Positions 35,837 through 49,279 are shown, numbered from the whole stretch's first letter. The stretch is 64,000 bases of DNA, filler included, from Basidiobolus ranarum (GCA_040143965.1; 52 parts of 52 records of this genome joined end to end with filler, not necessarily neighbours in it), one strand, 5' to 3'. Program-made: numbers and translations. The notes: a model not told the origin generated them from the sequence alone.

Positions 35837-36850
35837 AAGATGCAGCAGGGAATGTATTGAATACCAGCTTAGATTCAGTCTATCTTCTTTAAACCTGTAA
35901 TAAAGTTTTTCACATCCAATTACAAAATCTTTTCACAGTTGCTGTAACTGCCTGAGATCTGCCAATGTGAGTTGATGCTGTAAGAATACATTAACAATAT
36001 CCACAAACAACTTTCAATGTTGCCAATACATATCAGGCAAAAATCTTGTCAAGATTCCACATGAATATTTACAAATCCAATACTTCCAGTCTTTGCATTT
36101 GAATAAACACCTAGGTGAGTGGATATTGATGGGAGTCCTGGTAAGATATGATGGTATCTTGACATTTTCAAGCATCTTCCCAATTATTTCAAACTTTGAT
36201 CCTCTCTCAAATGGCTCATTCATATTGAATCTTCCACTACATAGCTGAGTTAGTTGTATTGGAATGTTGTTGAATAGTAAGTGCATTGTGCCTAATGGGA
36301 AGCTCTGACTCCAGCTGATCCCCTTTAGCAATATAATCTTAGGCTTACAGCTAATACCAAGTTTGATGTTAGACTGACTATTGGCTGAATTGATATCAGT
36401 GACCATGTTGAAATCTGACCAGGCTCTTGATGGTATAATCATGGAGTATAGTTTTGTATTTGGATAGTAGTATTGCATATGCCTGATAAAGTAGACTCCA
36501 TTGATTTGACTAAATCTACAGCAAGATAGTGCATTGTGCCTGTAATAACCTCCAAGTTTGCTGATGGTGGGAGTGTTACCAATACATACAATGATATTAG
36601 CTTTAATAAAATATTCACCCATCTGAACCCCATTAGATGATCATTCAAATTCTGTAATCAAAGGCTCCAAGAAGCTATCTATAAGCACTGGTGATTTTGG
36701 TCTAGATATGATGCATGGCATCAAAATATTATGACTCTTATACCATTCAGAAGGGGGAAGATTTAAGTTAATTAAAATTATTGGCCAGCAAGCCTTTCCA
36801 GTGGCATATTTGTTTAGTGATAAATCATCCAGAGCCAATGCAAATGCATG
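35837..36850 (-). mobile_element. CACTA/EnSpm (Tnp2 / Transposase_21-like) transposase core, degenerate
   Basis: WPIILINLNLPP, PKSP..IDSFLEPL..E, IG.TP.ISKL.G...HNA...CRF, FPLGTMHLLF.N, FKC.DWK.W. Confidence 0.85.
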
Positions 36851-37069
36851 AACACACAGGCGTTATTATTTCTAAATCTGCTGTTGACAGGGGATTATTT
36901 AGGTCTTTTACTAAGCATGTTAATGTATGTGAACTTTTAGGTGATGAGTCGGAGATAATTGTTACGGGGNNNNNNNNNNNNNNNNNNNNNNNNNNNNNNN
37001 NNNNNNNNNNNNNTTAATTAATTAANNNNNNNNNNNNNNNNNNNNNNNNNNNNNNNNNNNNNNNNNNNN

Positions 37070-38201
37070 TGTGCAAAGTTTGGGGCTTCTAGCACAAGTT
37101 TGAAAAATCTACATGTCTGAGACCTTCTAAGTTGGTAAAAATGTTCTAAGTAAATTCCAATTGAGAATAATTGATAATATCTTAGTGAGTTATGAGATAA
37201 CTAAGTACTAAGCTATGTATGACTATATTGGTGTTTAGGCAATGCTCATTTCAACAGGGTTATGATATCATCATAAATCATGAGATTAGTAATCCATGGA
37301 ATATTCCGGAAGGTTGTAGAAAATTACAGAAAGTCATGGAATGCTATGGCAAAACCAAGTTTTGATTGGTCAAAACTCAATCAATCATCAAATATTCCAA
37401 GAATCTTGTGCAATGTTGTGGAAGATTGTAGAATTTTCCAGAAAATAATAGGGCTACTTTGGGTTAATACTGATAAATCTGAAGTAATAGGAGATAATGC
37501 TAATAGTGTGATATGATTGGCTAGAAAATATGGGTAATTCAAATAAGGATCACAAAATAGAAATTGTGCAATAGTAATGATATGGGCTTGGAGTGGAAAT
37601 AAGTCAAGATGCCAGTGGGTGGCAATGCTACCCCACTACAGTGGGCACAATGCACTATCTTGCTGTAGATTTTGTCAAATGAATGGAGTTTACTCTAACA
37701 GGCATATGCATTACTAATATCCAAATACAACACTAAACTTCATGATTTTACCATCAAGTGCCTGTTTAGATTTCAACATGATCACTGATATCAATTCACC
37801 AAATAGTCAGTCTAACATCAAACTTGGTATTAGCCTTAAGCCTAAGAATATATTGCTAAAGGGGATCAGCTGGAGCCAGAGCTTCCCATTAGGCACTATG
37901 CACTTACTATTCAACAACATTCCAATACTGCTTATTCAGCTGTATAGTTGAAAATTCAATATGAATGAGCCATTCAAGACAGGATCAAACTTTGAATTAA
38001 TTGGGAAAATGCTTGAAAATGTCATGATACCATCATATTTTACCAGGACTCCCATCAATATCCACTCATCTGGGCATTTATTCATATACAAAGACTGGAA
38101 GTATTGGATTTGTATATATTCAAGTGGAATTTTGAAAAGATTTCTGCCTGATAAGTATTGGCAGCATTGGGAGTTGTTTTTTGATATTGTTAATATATTC
38201 T
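37070..38201. mobile_element. Nest: LTR-A (-) in LTR-C (-) in a CACTA transposase (+, 37641-38201)
   Basis: Homology to copies elsewhere in the window. Confidence 0.72.
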
Positions 38202-38301
38202 NNNNNNNNNNNNNNNNNNNNNNNNNNNNNNNNNNNNNNNNNNNNTTAATTAATTAANNNNNNNNNNNNNNNNNNNNNNNNNNNNNNNNNNNNNNNNNNN
38301 N

Positions 38302-39433
38302 TGGAGTTACCACAGTTATATGACCAGAATGATGTAGGTCAAAATGCAACTTTGGTTGAACCAGTAAGTCCAGACAACTTTGAGGACTTGCTGCTAGATG
38401 TTGACCTTGGTTATTCCAGTACCAATGGTAGTATATCAGAAGTTGAAGAAGATGATGATGGTTTTGTTATGGACTCTTTGTTATTGGCAAATGTTGGTCC
38501 ACTCATAGCACTTACTGTAAACCTAGTAGCTTTGATTTTTGAGGAGTGGAGAGTTCAATCTAATCTTAGCAACCAGGTGTTTATTAGTTTTCTTACACTT
38601 TTATCACAGTTGATTGGCAACTGTTGCTTGCCACAGACCTGGTACAAGTGGGGAACACTTGTCAATTGTATGCCTTATAATCCTTCAGTAATTAAACTAT
38701 CTTCATGCCCAAATGGTTGTTTAGCTTTCACCAGTGATCTAAATAACCTGAAGTCATGTACTGGTTGCACACAATTGGCAATCACTAAATCAGGTAAATA
38801 TAGCTCATATTTGGCTTACATACTGTTGATTCCCCATCTTAAAGTTTTGATGAAATCATGCAAATATCAATCATTGATCCAATACCAAAGTACTCACCAT
38901 AAAGCTGATGGTATTACCAATATACTTGATGGATAGCACTACCACAATCTGAAAAGTTAAGGTTTCTTTGAGAACATGTATGATCATGATATTTACATTG
39001 GCTCTGGATGTTTTCTCACTAAACAAATATCCCATTGGAAAAGCTTGCTGGCCAATGATTTTAATCAACTTAAATCTTCCTCCTTCTGAATGGTACAAGA
39101 GTCACAATATTTTGATACTATCCATTGTATCTGGACCTAAGTCACCAGTGCTTATTGATAGATTCTTGGAGCCTTTGATTGTGGACTTTGAATAGTTATC
39201 TAATGGGGTTAAGATGGCTGAATATTTTATTAAAGCTAATATCATTGTATGTATTGGTGACACTCCTGCCATCAGTAAACTTAGAGGTTTTTGCAGGCAT
39301 AATGTACTATCTTCCTGTAGATTTTGTCAAATCAATTGAGTTTACTCTAACAGGCATATGCATTACTACTATCCAAATACAACACTAAACTTCATGATTT
39401 TATCGTTGAGAGCCCAGTCAGATTTCAATATGA
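38302..39433 (+). mobile_element. CACTA/EnSpm transposase N-terminal and core region, degenerate
   Basis: CPNGCLAF....L..C..C, YILLIP.LK, ALD.FS, WP...INLNLPP, GPKSP, IGDTPAISKL.GF. Confidence 0.85.
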
Positions 39434-39533
39434 NNNNNNNNNNNNNNNNNNNNNNNNNNNNNNNNNNNNNNNNNNNNTTAATTAATTAANNNNNNNNNNN
39501 NNNNNNNNNNNNNNNNNNNNNNNNNNNNNNNNN

Positions 39534-40665
39534 CAAACTTGTCCAAATTGCCCCAAATATAGCTCATTTTACTCCCACAGATGTTCTAAACACAACCCCA
39601 GTGTTAGTTTTCTGTATTTCCACTAAAATGTATAAATGCTTTATTCCTGGACAATAAATAATTATCTCACAAACCTTTTCACAACTCCACTTTTCTAAAG
39701 CTCCTCCAAACAGCCCATATTCTCTCAATATTCTTGGCAATATCTGGAACATGTAGTACATCCTTGAAAGTACATACTTTCTCTACAGAAGCTCCAGTTT
39801 AATTGACTTGAATTGTTCCTATTCCAATAGCATCCAATTTGCAGTCATCTCCCATGTACAAAGGTTACAAAAGAAGGAAACCAGGTTTATGCTATGGTTG
39901 CAACAACCCAGGACACCAGTTAAAAGATTGCTAATCCAGAAATTACAACAAAAATGAGAAGTCAGAATAAGCAAATCAGGTTTTGACCAAAGAGGAAGTA
40001 TTATTCATCTGTGCCCTATCAGTGACCTCTGAGCAAGACTGTAGGTTGTGGTATATTAATTTTGGAGCCTCTCAACATTTCTCTAATCAAAAAACTGGTT
40101 TAAGGCACTCAAAACTGACATTAACAACAAGGTTTATATGGGAGATGACTTGCCACTAGAAGCTCTGGGAGTGGGAGAAATTGAACTGGATCTTGGGGGC
40201 ATCTCTGGGGACATGTGTTTGACACTGAAAAAGTGCTATATGTGCCTGGGATAGCAAAAAATTTGTTATCAGTGAGTAAAGCTACATCTGAGGGATATAG
40301 CTTTAATTTTGATCAAAATGGCTGTACAATCAGGGATCAAAAAGGGAATTACATAGCTTCTGGAGCTAAGCAATATAACTTGTATAAATTTCATTATATT
40401 AGGCCAAGATATGAACAAGTTAATACTGCAACAGCTGAAGATATAGACTGGAAAATCTGGCATAGGAGATTGGGTCATCTAGGAGCTGAAAATATGAGAA
40501 ATGTAATCAAAAACAAGATGGTTTTGGGACTAAATTTTGTAATTCCACCAGATCTGGAGCTATGTGAAGGTTGCCTATATGGTAGGCAACACAGACAGTC
40601 ATCTGTGGGCTCCGGAATGAGTATAATTGATCAAAAATTGGGCCTGACACACTCAGATATGTGTG
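39534..40665 (+). mobile_element. LTR-D 3' part, inverted copia protease piece, then copia zinc knuckle, protease and GAG-pre-integrase of another family
   Basis: CYGCNNPGHQLKDC, VLYVPGIAKNLLSV, WHRRLGHL, CEGCLYGRQHR. Confidence 0.82.
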
Positions 40666-40765
40666 NNNNNNNNNNNNNNNNNNNNNNNNNNNNNNNNNNN
40701 NNNNNNNNNTTAATTAATTAANNNNNNNNNNNNNNNNNNNNNNNNNNNNNNNNNNNNNNNNNNNN

Positions 40766-41896
40766 CCATGTTACTTAATTGAACGTGGACTATCGAATGA
40801 GAGTTTCTAGTGGGCCATTTTTGGTAAGCAGCATTCATTGCAATATTGCGGCGTTATTGCTTGTCATGGCCTGTATAGCAACTTCATAGTTTTTACTTAT
40901 GATTGCATACAAATCATTATGATGTTCTGCCTGCAATTCCCTTATTGTAATAATTCTATCCAAATTTTCCACAGAGGGTTGTTCAATAGTGGGCAAAGTA
41001 GCCGTTTTGCAAGTTGATGGTCTTGACAGTGTTTTGGTTGAACTTTGCTCAACTATTAATTTACTAAGTAATTGGGGGATTGCAATATCTTCACTTGCAC
41101 TATTGCTGGAAAGGAACACATCTGGTAAATTGATTAATGCTTCATCATTACTTGAGTTAGTTTCTGGCATGTTAATGCCTTCCAAATTGGATAGTGGATT
41201 GCTAGACTGCTCATCATTTAAGTCCTCTGTTCTTGCTGGTTTTTTTCCTTTTGTGCCAGCAGGCTTTGGCTCGGAAGCCAACTTTGACTTAGATTTTGAA
41301 CGCTTTTTGTATGGCATTGAAAGTTTCAGATGGTAAACTTGGTGTAGTGAAATTGCTAAGAAACAGCTTATAATAAACCAAAATTGCCATCCATTACCGG
41401 AAATATCTTGTAAATCCCCTGATGACTCATCTGTGACAATGTCTCAGAATCAGCTCATGCTATTGATGGGCTGTATCTAAAATACCACCCTTACATGGGA
41501 GGTTTTCTTTTTTCTACAATATCCTTCTCATGCTGCAACACAAACATTTAAAGAAGCCCTGCTATTATTGTTGCAAATTCTTGTGCTATGAAAGACAGAG
41601 GCTTCATAGAAAAAATGATCACAAGCATGGTCACTGTACAAAGCCACCAGCTCCGCAAAGCCTGGTGTATAACAACAGTAATAAGTGCACTAAATAGACT
41701 TTAGTTTTGCCTATTGAGTTCACTGACTGTAGTTTGCCTCAAAGTTTTAGTGACACTGCCAAAAGTCAAGATACCATGGAGTTATCACAGTTATATGACC
41801 AGAATGATGTAGGTCAAAATGCAACTGTGGTTGAACCAGTAAGTCCAGACAACTTTGAGGACTTGCTGCTAGATGTTGACCTTGGTTATTCCAGTA
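40766..41896. mobile_element. CACTA central region: ORF2 start (ATG 41317, -) and transposase start (about 41530, +) around a divergent promoter of about 210 bp
   Basis: MPYKKRSKSKSK... on minus; M.QHK.LKKPCYYC.KF on plus, continuing into sequence shared with 38302-38420. Confidence 0.75.
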
Positions 41897-41996
41897 NNNN
41901 NNNNNNNNNNNNNNNNNNNNNNNNNNNNNNNNNNNNNNNNTTAATTAATTAANNNNNNNNNNNNNNNNNNNNNNNNNNNNNNNNNNNNNNNNNNNN

Positions 41997-43127
41997 AAAC
42001 AAACCAACTGTGGAGACAAAAGTTACAAGATGATGGAAACAGGCCATCAGTATTATATGAATGTTTCGAAATTAGCACACTCCCAAATCCAGCAGGAATG
42101 CCACCTTATTTTTCCCTGATCCACCCTATAAAAATAGCACCATGAAAATAAAATTAATCAGTCAATTTATCAGTGAATCAAGTCCCAAAATTGCACTCAC
42201 CTCAGGAACCAGCCTCAATACTATGCCTATATTGCTAGGGAACCTTAACCTAGTCTGTCAATGTATGGTACTTTGGCATTTCAGCTTTACAAGCAACTGA
42301 TTGGCCTTAGACTTTGTGTTCAGATACAGTCACCATACTCCATATTTTCATCTTTGGGAATTATTGCTTGTACCACAAGTTACCAGACTTTCAACACCTT
42401 TAACACAATTTGTCTTAATGTTAAAGACAAATTGCTAATTCAATGTTCAAAAGCTAAAACTGCCAAGAAGGTATGGAAAGCCTTGGAAGACACCTACCAA
42501 ATGAGTTCTGCTGCCAACAAGATGTTTCTAAGAAGACAATTCTTCAACTTAAAGATGAAGCCAGGAGAAAACATAAAATGACTAATTAATAGAGTCACTA
42601 TTTTAGTGAATGAAATGAAATGCATTGGGGTACCTACTACTGATCAAGATATCATATTTACAGACTCAACCAAAAGAATGTGGAAAGTGCCTTAACAGGC
42701 TATGGGAAACCTTCCAGTAAAGGTCAAAAGCACTTTAAGAAGAAAAGTAACACATTTTGTGATTACTGTAAAAGAAATGGCCATTTAAGCAAAGATTGCT
42801 CTAAAAGAATTGCAAAAGAAGAAAAATGTACTGAATCTGGGAATGTGGTTACAACAGATGATCACTTGTTCATATCTCCTCTATCTATAGCTACCAACAA
42901 GGATTCTAAAATGTGATAAATTGATTCCAAAGCTTCCCAACATTTTACAAATGAAAAACATTGGCTGGTGGATTAAGAAGAAATCCCAATTAGAAAGGCT
43001 TTCATGGAAGATGACCACACATTAGATGCTGTTGGAATGGGAAAAATTCAAGTCAATTCAACTGGAGCTTCTGAAGAGAAAGTATATACTTTTAAGGATG
43101 TACTATATGTTCCAGATATTGCCAAGA
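41997..43127 (+). mobile_element. LTR-like repeat E (ends CTTTCAACA about 42396; also 3849, 53369), then copia gag (UBN2, zinc knuckle) and protease
   Basis: TAKKVWKALEDTY...LRRQFFNLKM, CDYCKRNGHLSKDC, IDSKASQHF. Confidence 0.8.
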
Positions 43128-43227
43128 NNNNNNNNNNNNNNNNNNNNNNNNNNNNNNNNNNNNNNNNNNNNTTAATTAATTAANNNNNNNNNNNNNNNNN
43201 NNNNNNNNNNNNNNNNNNNNNNNNNNN

Positions 43228-44358
43228 TGGAGGGTGGATCCGATCCGGATCAAATCGATTTTATTTTTGTTAGGGATATGCCAGCAAAAACCTCCAAGTT
43301 TACTGATGGCAGGAGTGATACCAATACATACAATGATATTAGCTTTAATAAAGATTTACCCTCCTGAGCCCCATGAGATAACCATTCAAATTCAGAAATC
43401 AAAGGCTCCATGAACCCTAACAAAAATAGAATTGATTTGATCCGGATTTGATCCACACTCCAAAATAGCAAAACTGTCTGAGAACTGTCACACTAATGGT
43501 GGCTTGCATTCTGCCGGGGATTTTGATGGAGTAACAATGGTTTCTTGACAGTATTTTAATGGTATTCATATGTGTTAAAATATTGATCCTCAAATTTGGC
43601 ATGTGTTATTCAACATCTGGCAGTTTTTGCAAAAAAATAACTTTTGAATGGCAAGTTACTGGGTGTACTGCTGTAGAAATTTGAATTATCAAGCATGCCT
43701 TTATTTAGATATTTTAGGCTTTGTATTCCAGTCATAATGAGAATCAAAAAATACAAGAACCTTGTTGTATTTAGTCTCTACATATGCACACACTTGACTG
43801 ATTAGACATAACTCAACACCATCAATATACTTTACCAGCATACTAATGGTGGAAAAATTGCTAAACTTCTGAAATTTTGAATAGCACTAACACTTGGCAA
43901 ATAGCTGACTCTTGTCACCATTCACAATGAGAATAAGCTCTTGGATTTTGGCAAATTTCCGTACAGAACTCAGCCAATATATCCCTAACTTGCCGTCAAC
44001 AAATGTCCTGCCACCAGTAGATGTGTCATTGCTTAAATAGATTACCCCATGGCTAAAACAATAATACTGCATATCTCCATCTATCTCACCCAGCAGTCTG
44101 TCTTGCAGCTTTCCTAAAGGAAATCATCAGATTAATATGCAAGCAAGTTAGTCCAATTATAGAGGTACTAACTCTGTGTCCATGGATTGGGATTTGTTGC
44201 TGTTTTTGTGCTCCAAGAATGCAAAAAACCATGAGTGCATTGAAAAGAGGCCTTTGTTGGCAGATTAATATACTCTGGAGTCTCCTTAACCCATTGCGTT
44301 ACATCCATCACTGATTTGCTGATACAATGTTAATCAGATTAGCATATGGTAATACTGA
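43228..44358 (-). mobile_element. CACTA right termini (43275 and 43415) and transposase 3' region
   Basis: TTTTGTTAGGG and CCCTAACAAAAAT; homology to 15016-15988. Confidence 0.75.
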
Positions 44359-44845
44359 NNNNNNNNNNNNNNNNNNNNNNNNNNNNNNNNNNNNNNNNNN
44401 NNTTAATTAATTAANNNNNNNNNNNNNNNNNNNNNNNNNNNNNNNNNNNNNNNNNNNNACTTATCCAGACAACTTACTGTCAGTTAAATTCTTCTCATGT
44501 ACACCAATTGCACTTTTTTGTTAAATAGTAAAATAAATATTGCTTCAAAATAACTCATTTGACTACGTTCACAGTGCATGCTTTATAATCCTCTATTTGC
44601 AACGATAATTTTAATATCATAGTAAAATCTACAGCAATACTGATGGTGATTTGCTATAGATATCACTAGTATAGTTTTGCATTGGGTTTGTTTTAATCTT
44701 CGTATTTGTTGAGATATCTAACTTCTGTCCAATTTGAATGCTTAAAATATACACCACTCATCATTGGTACTTCAGTTGATAGACCACTTTGATATTTATG
44801 GCCTAAACGGAGCAATGAAAATACGAGATTTGCTCATATATATAC

Positions 44846-45185
44846 TTTTAAAGTATTTTGGGAGCCTGTTGGAAGTGGTTTGGAGAAATAGAGAAATTAG
44901 TGGTTTTCACTTATTGATTTATTGAGTAGAAAGTTGACATTTATAGTTTTATCAAGATGTAAACAAACTAGCGTGTAGAATGTGTTAGGGAAAGTCCCAG
45001 GAATATGTGTGCAAAGCTTGGGGCTTTTGCACAAGTTTGAAAAATCCGTATATCAGAGAACTTCTAAGTTGGTGTCAATATTCTAAGTAAATTCCTCATG
45101 AGGTGATATCTTAGTTCAATATGGAATAACTAAATACTACGCTATATATGACTATATAGATGTTTAGGCTATGCTTATTTCAACC
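44846..45185 (-). mobile_element. Solo LTR family A in unique DNA, TSD TATAC
   Basis: Reverse complement of 17562-17909. TATAC at 44841-44845 and 45186-45190. Terminal TG/CA are mutated. Confidence 0.75.
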
Positions 45186-45689
45186 TATACATCGTCAGTT
45201 GTAACTTTAACGACGTGATATTCATATTAAAAACCAAGATGATGCCTAGTGATTCTTAAAAGTGCTAACAGTGTAAATATTGTCAACCGCTTGAAATATG
45301 AGAAAGAAGCAGTGTTAATTTGAGCACTTTACGTTCTTGACAAATCAATATATTGATGGTTCTACCAGTCGCCAGATTAGCTCGGTGCTAATTAAGCAAT
45401 TGTTATGTATATGCATAACGGTACTCATTTAGGTAAAAATGAAATTATGCTAATTAGCATCAGATTCAAGGTTAAGCCATATTTAGATGCGATGAGATAA
45501 TTACGGTGACGAAATCAGAACGTAGTCCGTATGACATGATCTGCGAAATATTCATTGCTAATATAAATTCATTCTGAATTGAGCGAGTANNNNNNNNNNN
45601 NNNNNNNNNNNNNNNNNNNNNNNNNNNNNNNNNTTAATTAATTAANNNNNNNNNNNNNNNNNNNNNNNNNNNNNNNNNNNNNNNNNNNN

Positions 45690-46819
45690 TGCAAACAGTA
45701 CATGACTTCAGGTTTTTCAGATCACCGGTGAAAGCCAAACAACCATTTGGACATGAAGGCAGTTTAATTACTGAAGGATTATAAGTCATATGATTGACAA
45801 GTGTTTTCCACTTGTACCAGGTCTGTGGCAAGCAACAGTTGCCAATCAACTGTGGTAAAAGTGTAAGAAAACCAATAAACACCTGGTTGCTAAGATTTGA
45901 TTGAACTCTCCACTCCTCAATAATTAAAGATGCTTCCTTTACTCTAAGTGTTATGCATGGACTAATGTTTGCTGATAACAAAGAGTCTGTACCAAAACCA
46001 TTGTCTTCTTCTTCAACTTCTGATATACTACCATCAGTACTGGAATAACCAAGGCCAACATCTAGCAGCATGTCCTCAATGTTTTCAGGATTTACTGGTT
46101 TGACCAAAGTGGCATTCCTACCTACATCATTCTTGTCATATAACTGTGGTAACTTGATGGTATCTTCACTTTTGGCAGTGTTACCAAAACTCTTAGGCAA
46201 AGTAGAGTCAGTGGATTCAATGGGCAAAACTAAAGCCAATTTAGTGCACTTATTACTGTTGTTATACTTCTACCTACATCTATTTGGTGATATATGTTGA
46301 AATTAGGAAAATAGCAATGCATTATTTACTAGTGAGTTTATTGATATTCTGATCATTTAGCACTCAAATATGCAATTCAAAAATGTGTGTTTATTGCTCT
46401 AATTGCTAGAAATAACAATTAATTCACTTTCAACAATTTTCACTATTTTCTCATCCCTTCTCCAAGTCATATTAATCAGTTAATAACTATGGCAGAATTG
46501 CTCTCATCTGTTGGAGCACCTATAAATGAAAATGACTTAGTCATGACACTACTTTGGAGCCTGTGATAGAAGTTTGGGAACCTCATAATTGCCCTAGAAT
46601 CAAGTTCAAAGTCATTGACAATGGAATATGTTGGTGCTTGGCTTTTGAATGAGGAATTAAGGAGCTCTAATTCTCAGCAAAATAGTGCAGAGCAAGCATC
46701 TTTTGGAGCTGTAAAATATCCAACAGGCTTCCATAATAGTTACTCTGATAGGAAATAAATCTTCTGCAAGAATTGAAAGAGTTGGAAGAAGACAGGCCAT
46801 TTAGGCAAAGATTTCAGAA
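45690..46819. mobile_element. CACTA transposase N-terminal fragment (-, to about 46266) and copia gag fragment (+, about 46440-46819)
   Basis: CPNGCLAF...CTVC; AELLSSVGAPINENDLVMTLL.SL. Confidence 0.72.
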
Positions 46820-46919
46820 NNNNNNNNNNNNNNNNNNNNNNNNNNNNNNNNNNNNNNNNNNNNTTAATTAATTAANNNNNNNNNNNNNNNNNNNNNNNNN
46901 NNNNNNNNNNNNNNNNNNN

Positions 46920-48049
46920 ATATACTGGCTTCAGTGTCATTTGAGATTGATCAGATAAAAAGGGTATATCCAATCAAAAACAGCTGTAAACTCAGCCAGC
47001 AGGGTCTTGAATGAGGATGCACTAGTAGTGATTTATCCAAGGTTATGAAAAAGTTCCTTGCCTATGAAGACAAAGCTATGGAAAAAATATTAAGTATCAG
47101 ATATATAACACCTACCTGTCAGTACTTCCTTTGAGCTGGTCAGGTCCTTTCTAGTCACAGAGTAGCCTGTAATTGCCTCTAGTAATCTCTCTTGAGGTTC
47201 CTCTTCAAAGTCTTCTAAGTGGTGGTGAAAATAAGGGGTGATCACAAGTAGTAATTGTTAGTTAAAAACCAGGATGATTTTTATTTGAGAAGAGATGGCT
47301 CCTATTTATACATTTCTGGTGGTAGATATGATTACTAATGAGAATTTCTGGAAAGTTCCAGAGAATTCTATTGGTGGGGATCTGGGGTTATGATATCATC
47401 ATAAATCATAATATTAGTAATACATGGAATGTTCCGGAAGGTTGTAGAATACTCCAGAAAGTTATAGAATGTTCCGGCAAAATCAAGTTTTGATTGGTCA
47501 AAACTCAATCAATCATCAAATATTCCAAGAATCTTGTGGAATTTTCTTGAAGATCATGGAATGTTCAGGAAGATTAAAGAATTTTACAGAAAATAATGGG
47601 GCTGATGTGTGCTAATACTGATGAATTTGAAATTATAGGGGATAATACTGATGGTGTGACTTGATTGGCTAGAAAATATGGCTCAGTCAAATATGGATAA
47701 TAAAATAGAAATTGTGCAATAGTAATATTGTGCGCTTGGAGAGGAAATAAGTCAATCTGCAAGTTGGTAGCAATGCTGCCCCACTATATCCACCCCTCTC
47801 TGAATTTTGAGCTCAATTGAAAAACCAAACTCAGCAGGTTGAGTTGTTTCCACTAGTCTTGAATAAATTTAGTTGGTTCTCTACAAGTGGTAGTCTGAGT
47901 ACTGTTCAATATAGTCCTGTAGTGTAATAACTACCATTACCTATAACTTTAACAATTTTGTATGGGCCTCTACATTGATTGTCAAACTTCCTGCTCCATT
48001 GTTTGTCAAGAATGGAATCATATTCCAGGATAAGGTCATCAACTTGTAG
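46920..48049 (-). mobile_element. LTR-C plus leader (to 47788) next to a gypsy integrase C-terminal fragment
   Basis: Homologous to 22430-23254; KFDNQCRGPYKIVKV (GPY/F motif). Confidence 0.65.
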
Positions 48050-48149
48050 NNNNNNNNNNNNNNNNNNNNNNNNNNNNNNNNNNNNNNNNNNNNTTAATTA
48101 ATTAANNNNNNNNNNNNNNNNNNNNNNNNNNNNNNNNNNNNNNNNNNNN

Positions 48150-49279
48150 ACTTGAGTTAATAAAAGTGGTAGTAGTGGTTTCTGTCATGCTGTAAAGGTT
48201 AGAGTATAGGGCTCATAACCTATTGTGAAAATATGAGCTGTTTGGAGGAACTTTAGAAAAGTGGAATTGTGAATAGTTTTGTGAGATAATTATTTATTGA
48301 CCAGAAATAAAGCATTTATACATTTTGGTGGAAATACAGAAAACTAACACTGGGGTTGTGTTCGGAACATCAATGGGAGTAAAATGAGCTATCTTTGGGG
48401 CAATTTGGATGAGTTTGAAATTTCCAATATGGAATTGCTAATTCTCTTAATATTCACACATATATATATTGTATATTCCAATTTTCAGTTAAGTGATATT
48501 TGACTAAGTAATGATAACTAACTTATATGTGATATATGAAATTGATAAGTGAATAAAGATGGAGATAACAAATATGATAAAGACAATAAACTTCAACACT
48601 CCCAATCAACTGAATATTCATGTTTCTTAATCCTAACTTAAATCTTAATTCTTCAAAATTTGGCTACGGTAATGGTTTGGTAAGGATGTCAGCAATCATA
48701 TATTCAGTTGGACAGTACTCCAGTTGGATGTGCTTATTCTCAATAGCTTCCCTAACAAAGTGATGTTGAATATCAATGTGCTTACTTCTAGCATGAAATT
48801 TGGGATTTTTAGCTAAAGAAATACAACTTTGATTATCCTTAAAAATTATGGTGGGTGAACTTTGAAAAATGCCGAAGTCTTTGGGCAGTTTTCTTAACCA
48901 CATAGCCTCCTTTGTTGTATGTGATGCTGCCATGTATTCTGCTTCAGTGGTTGAAAGTGCTATGGTGGGTTGTTTATTGCTATTCCAAGAGATGACTGCT
49001 TCATTATAAAGAAAGGTCTATCCAGTGATAGATCTTCTGTCCTCAATATCAAGTCCCCAATCTGCAGCACTAAACCCAATTAGATCCTTATTCTCATAAG
49101 AATATTTGTATCTTAATCCCAGATCAATTTTCCACTACAAATATCTGAAAATCCACTTAACTGCTGCATAATGCTCAGATCCTGGGTTTTGAACATGTTG
49201 GCCAACTACTCCTGCTACAAAAGAGATATCTGGCTGGGTTCCAGCAATAAGATAGATCAAACTACCCACCATAGATTTA
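48150..49279 (-). mobile_element. Ty1/copia RNase H, PPT, complete LTR-D (48221-48598), PBS (48209-48220) and probable gag start
   Basis: LSTTEAEY, DNQSCI.LAKNP.FHARSKHIDI.HHF.RE, ADILTKPL; PBS GGTTATGAGCCC. Confidence 0.9.

Noticed and set aside
41418-41460. CTGATGA as a hammerhead ribozyme core
   Set aside because: No downstream GAAA or supporting stems; better read as part of the ATGACTCAT motif.
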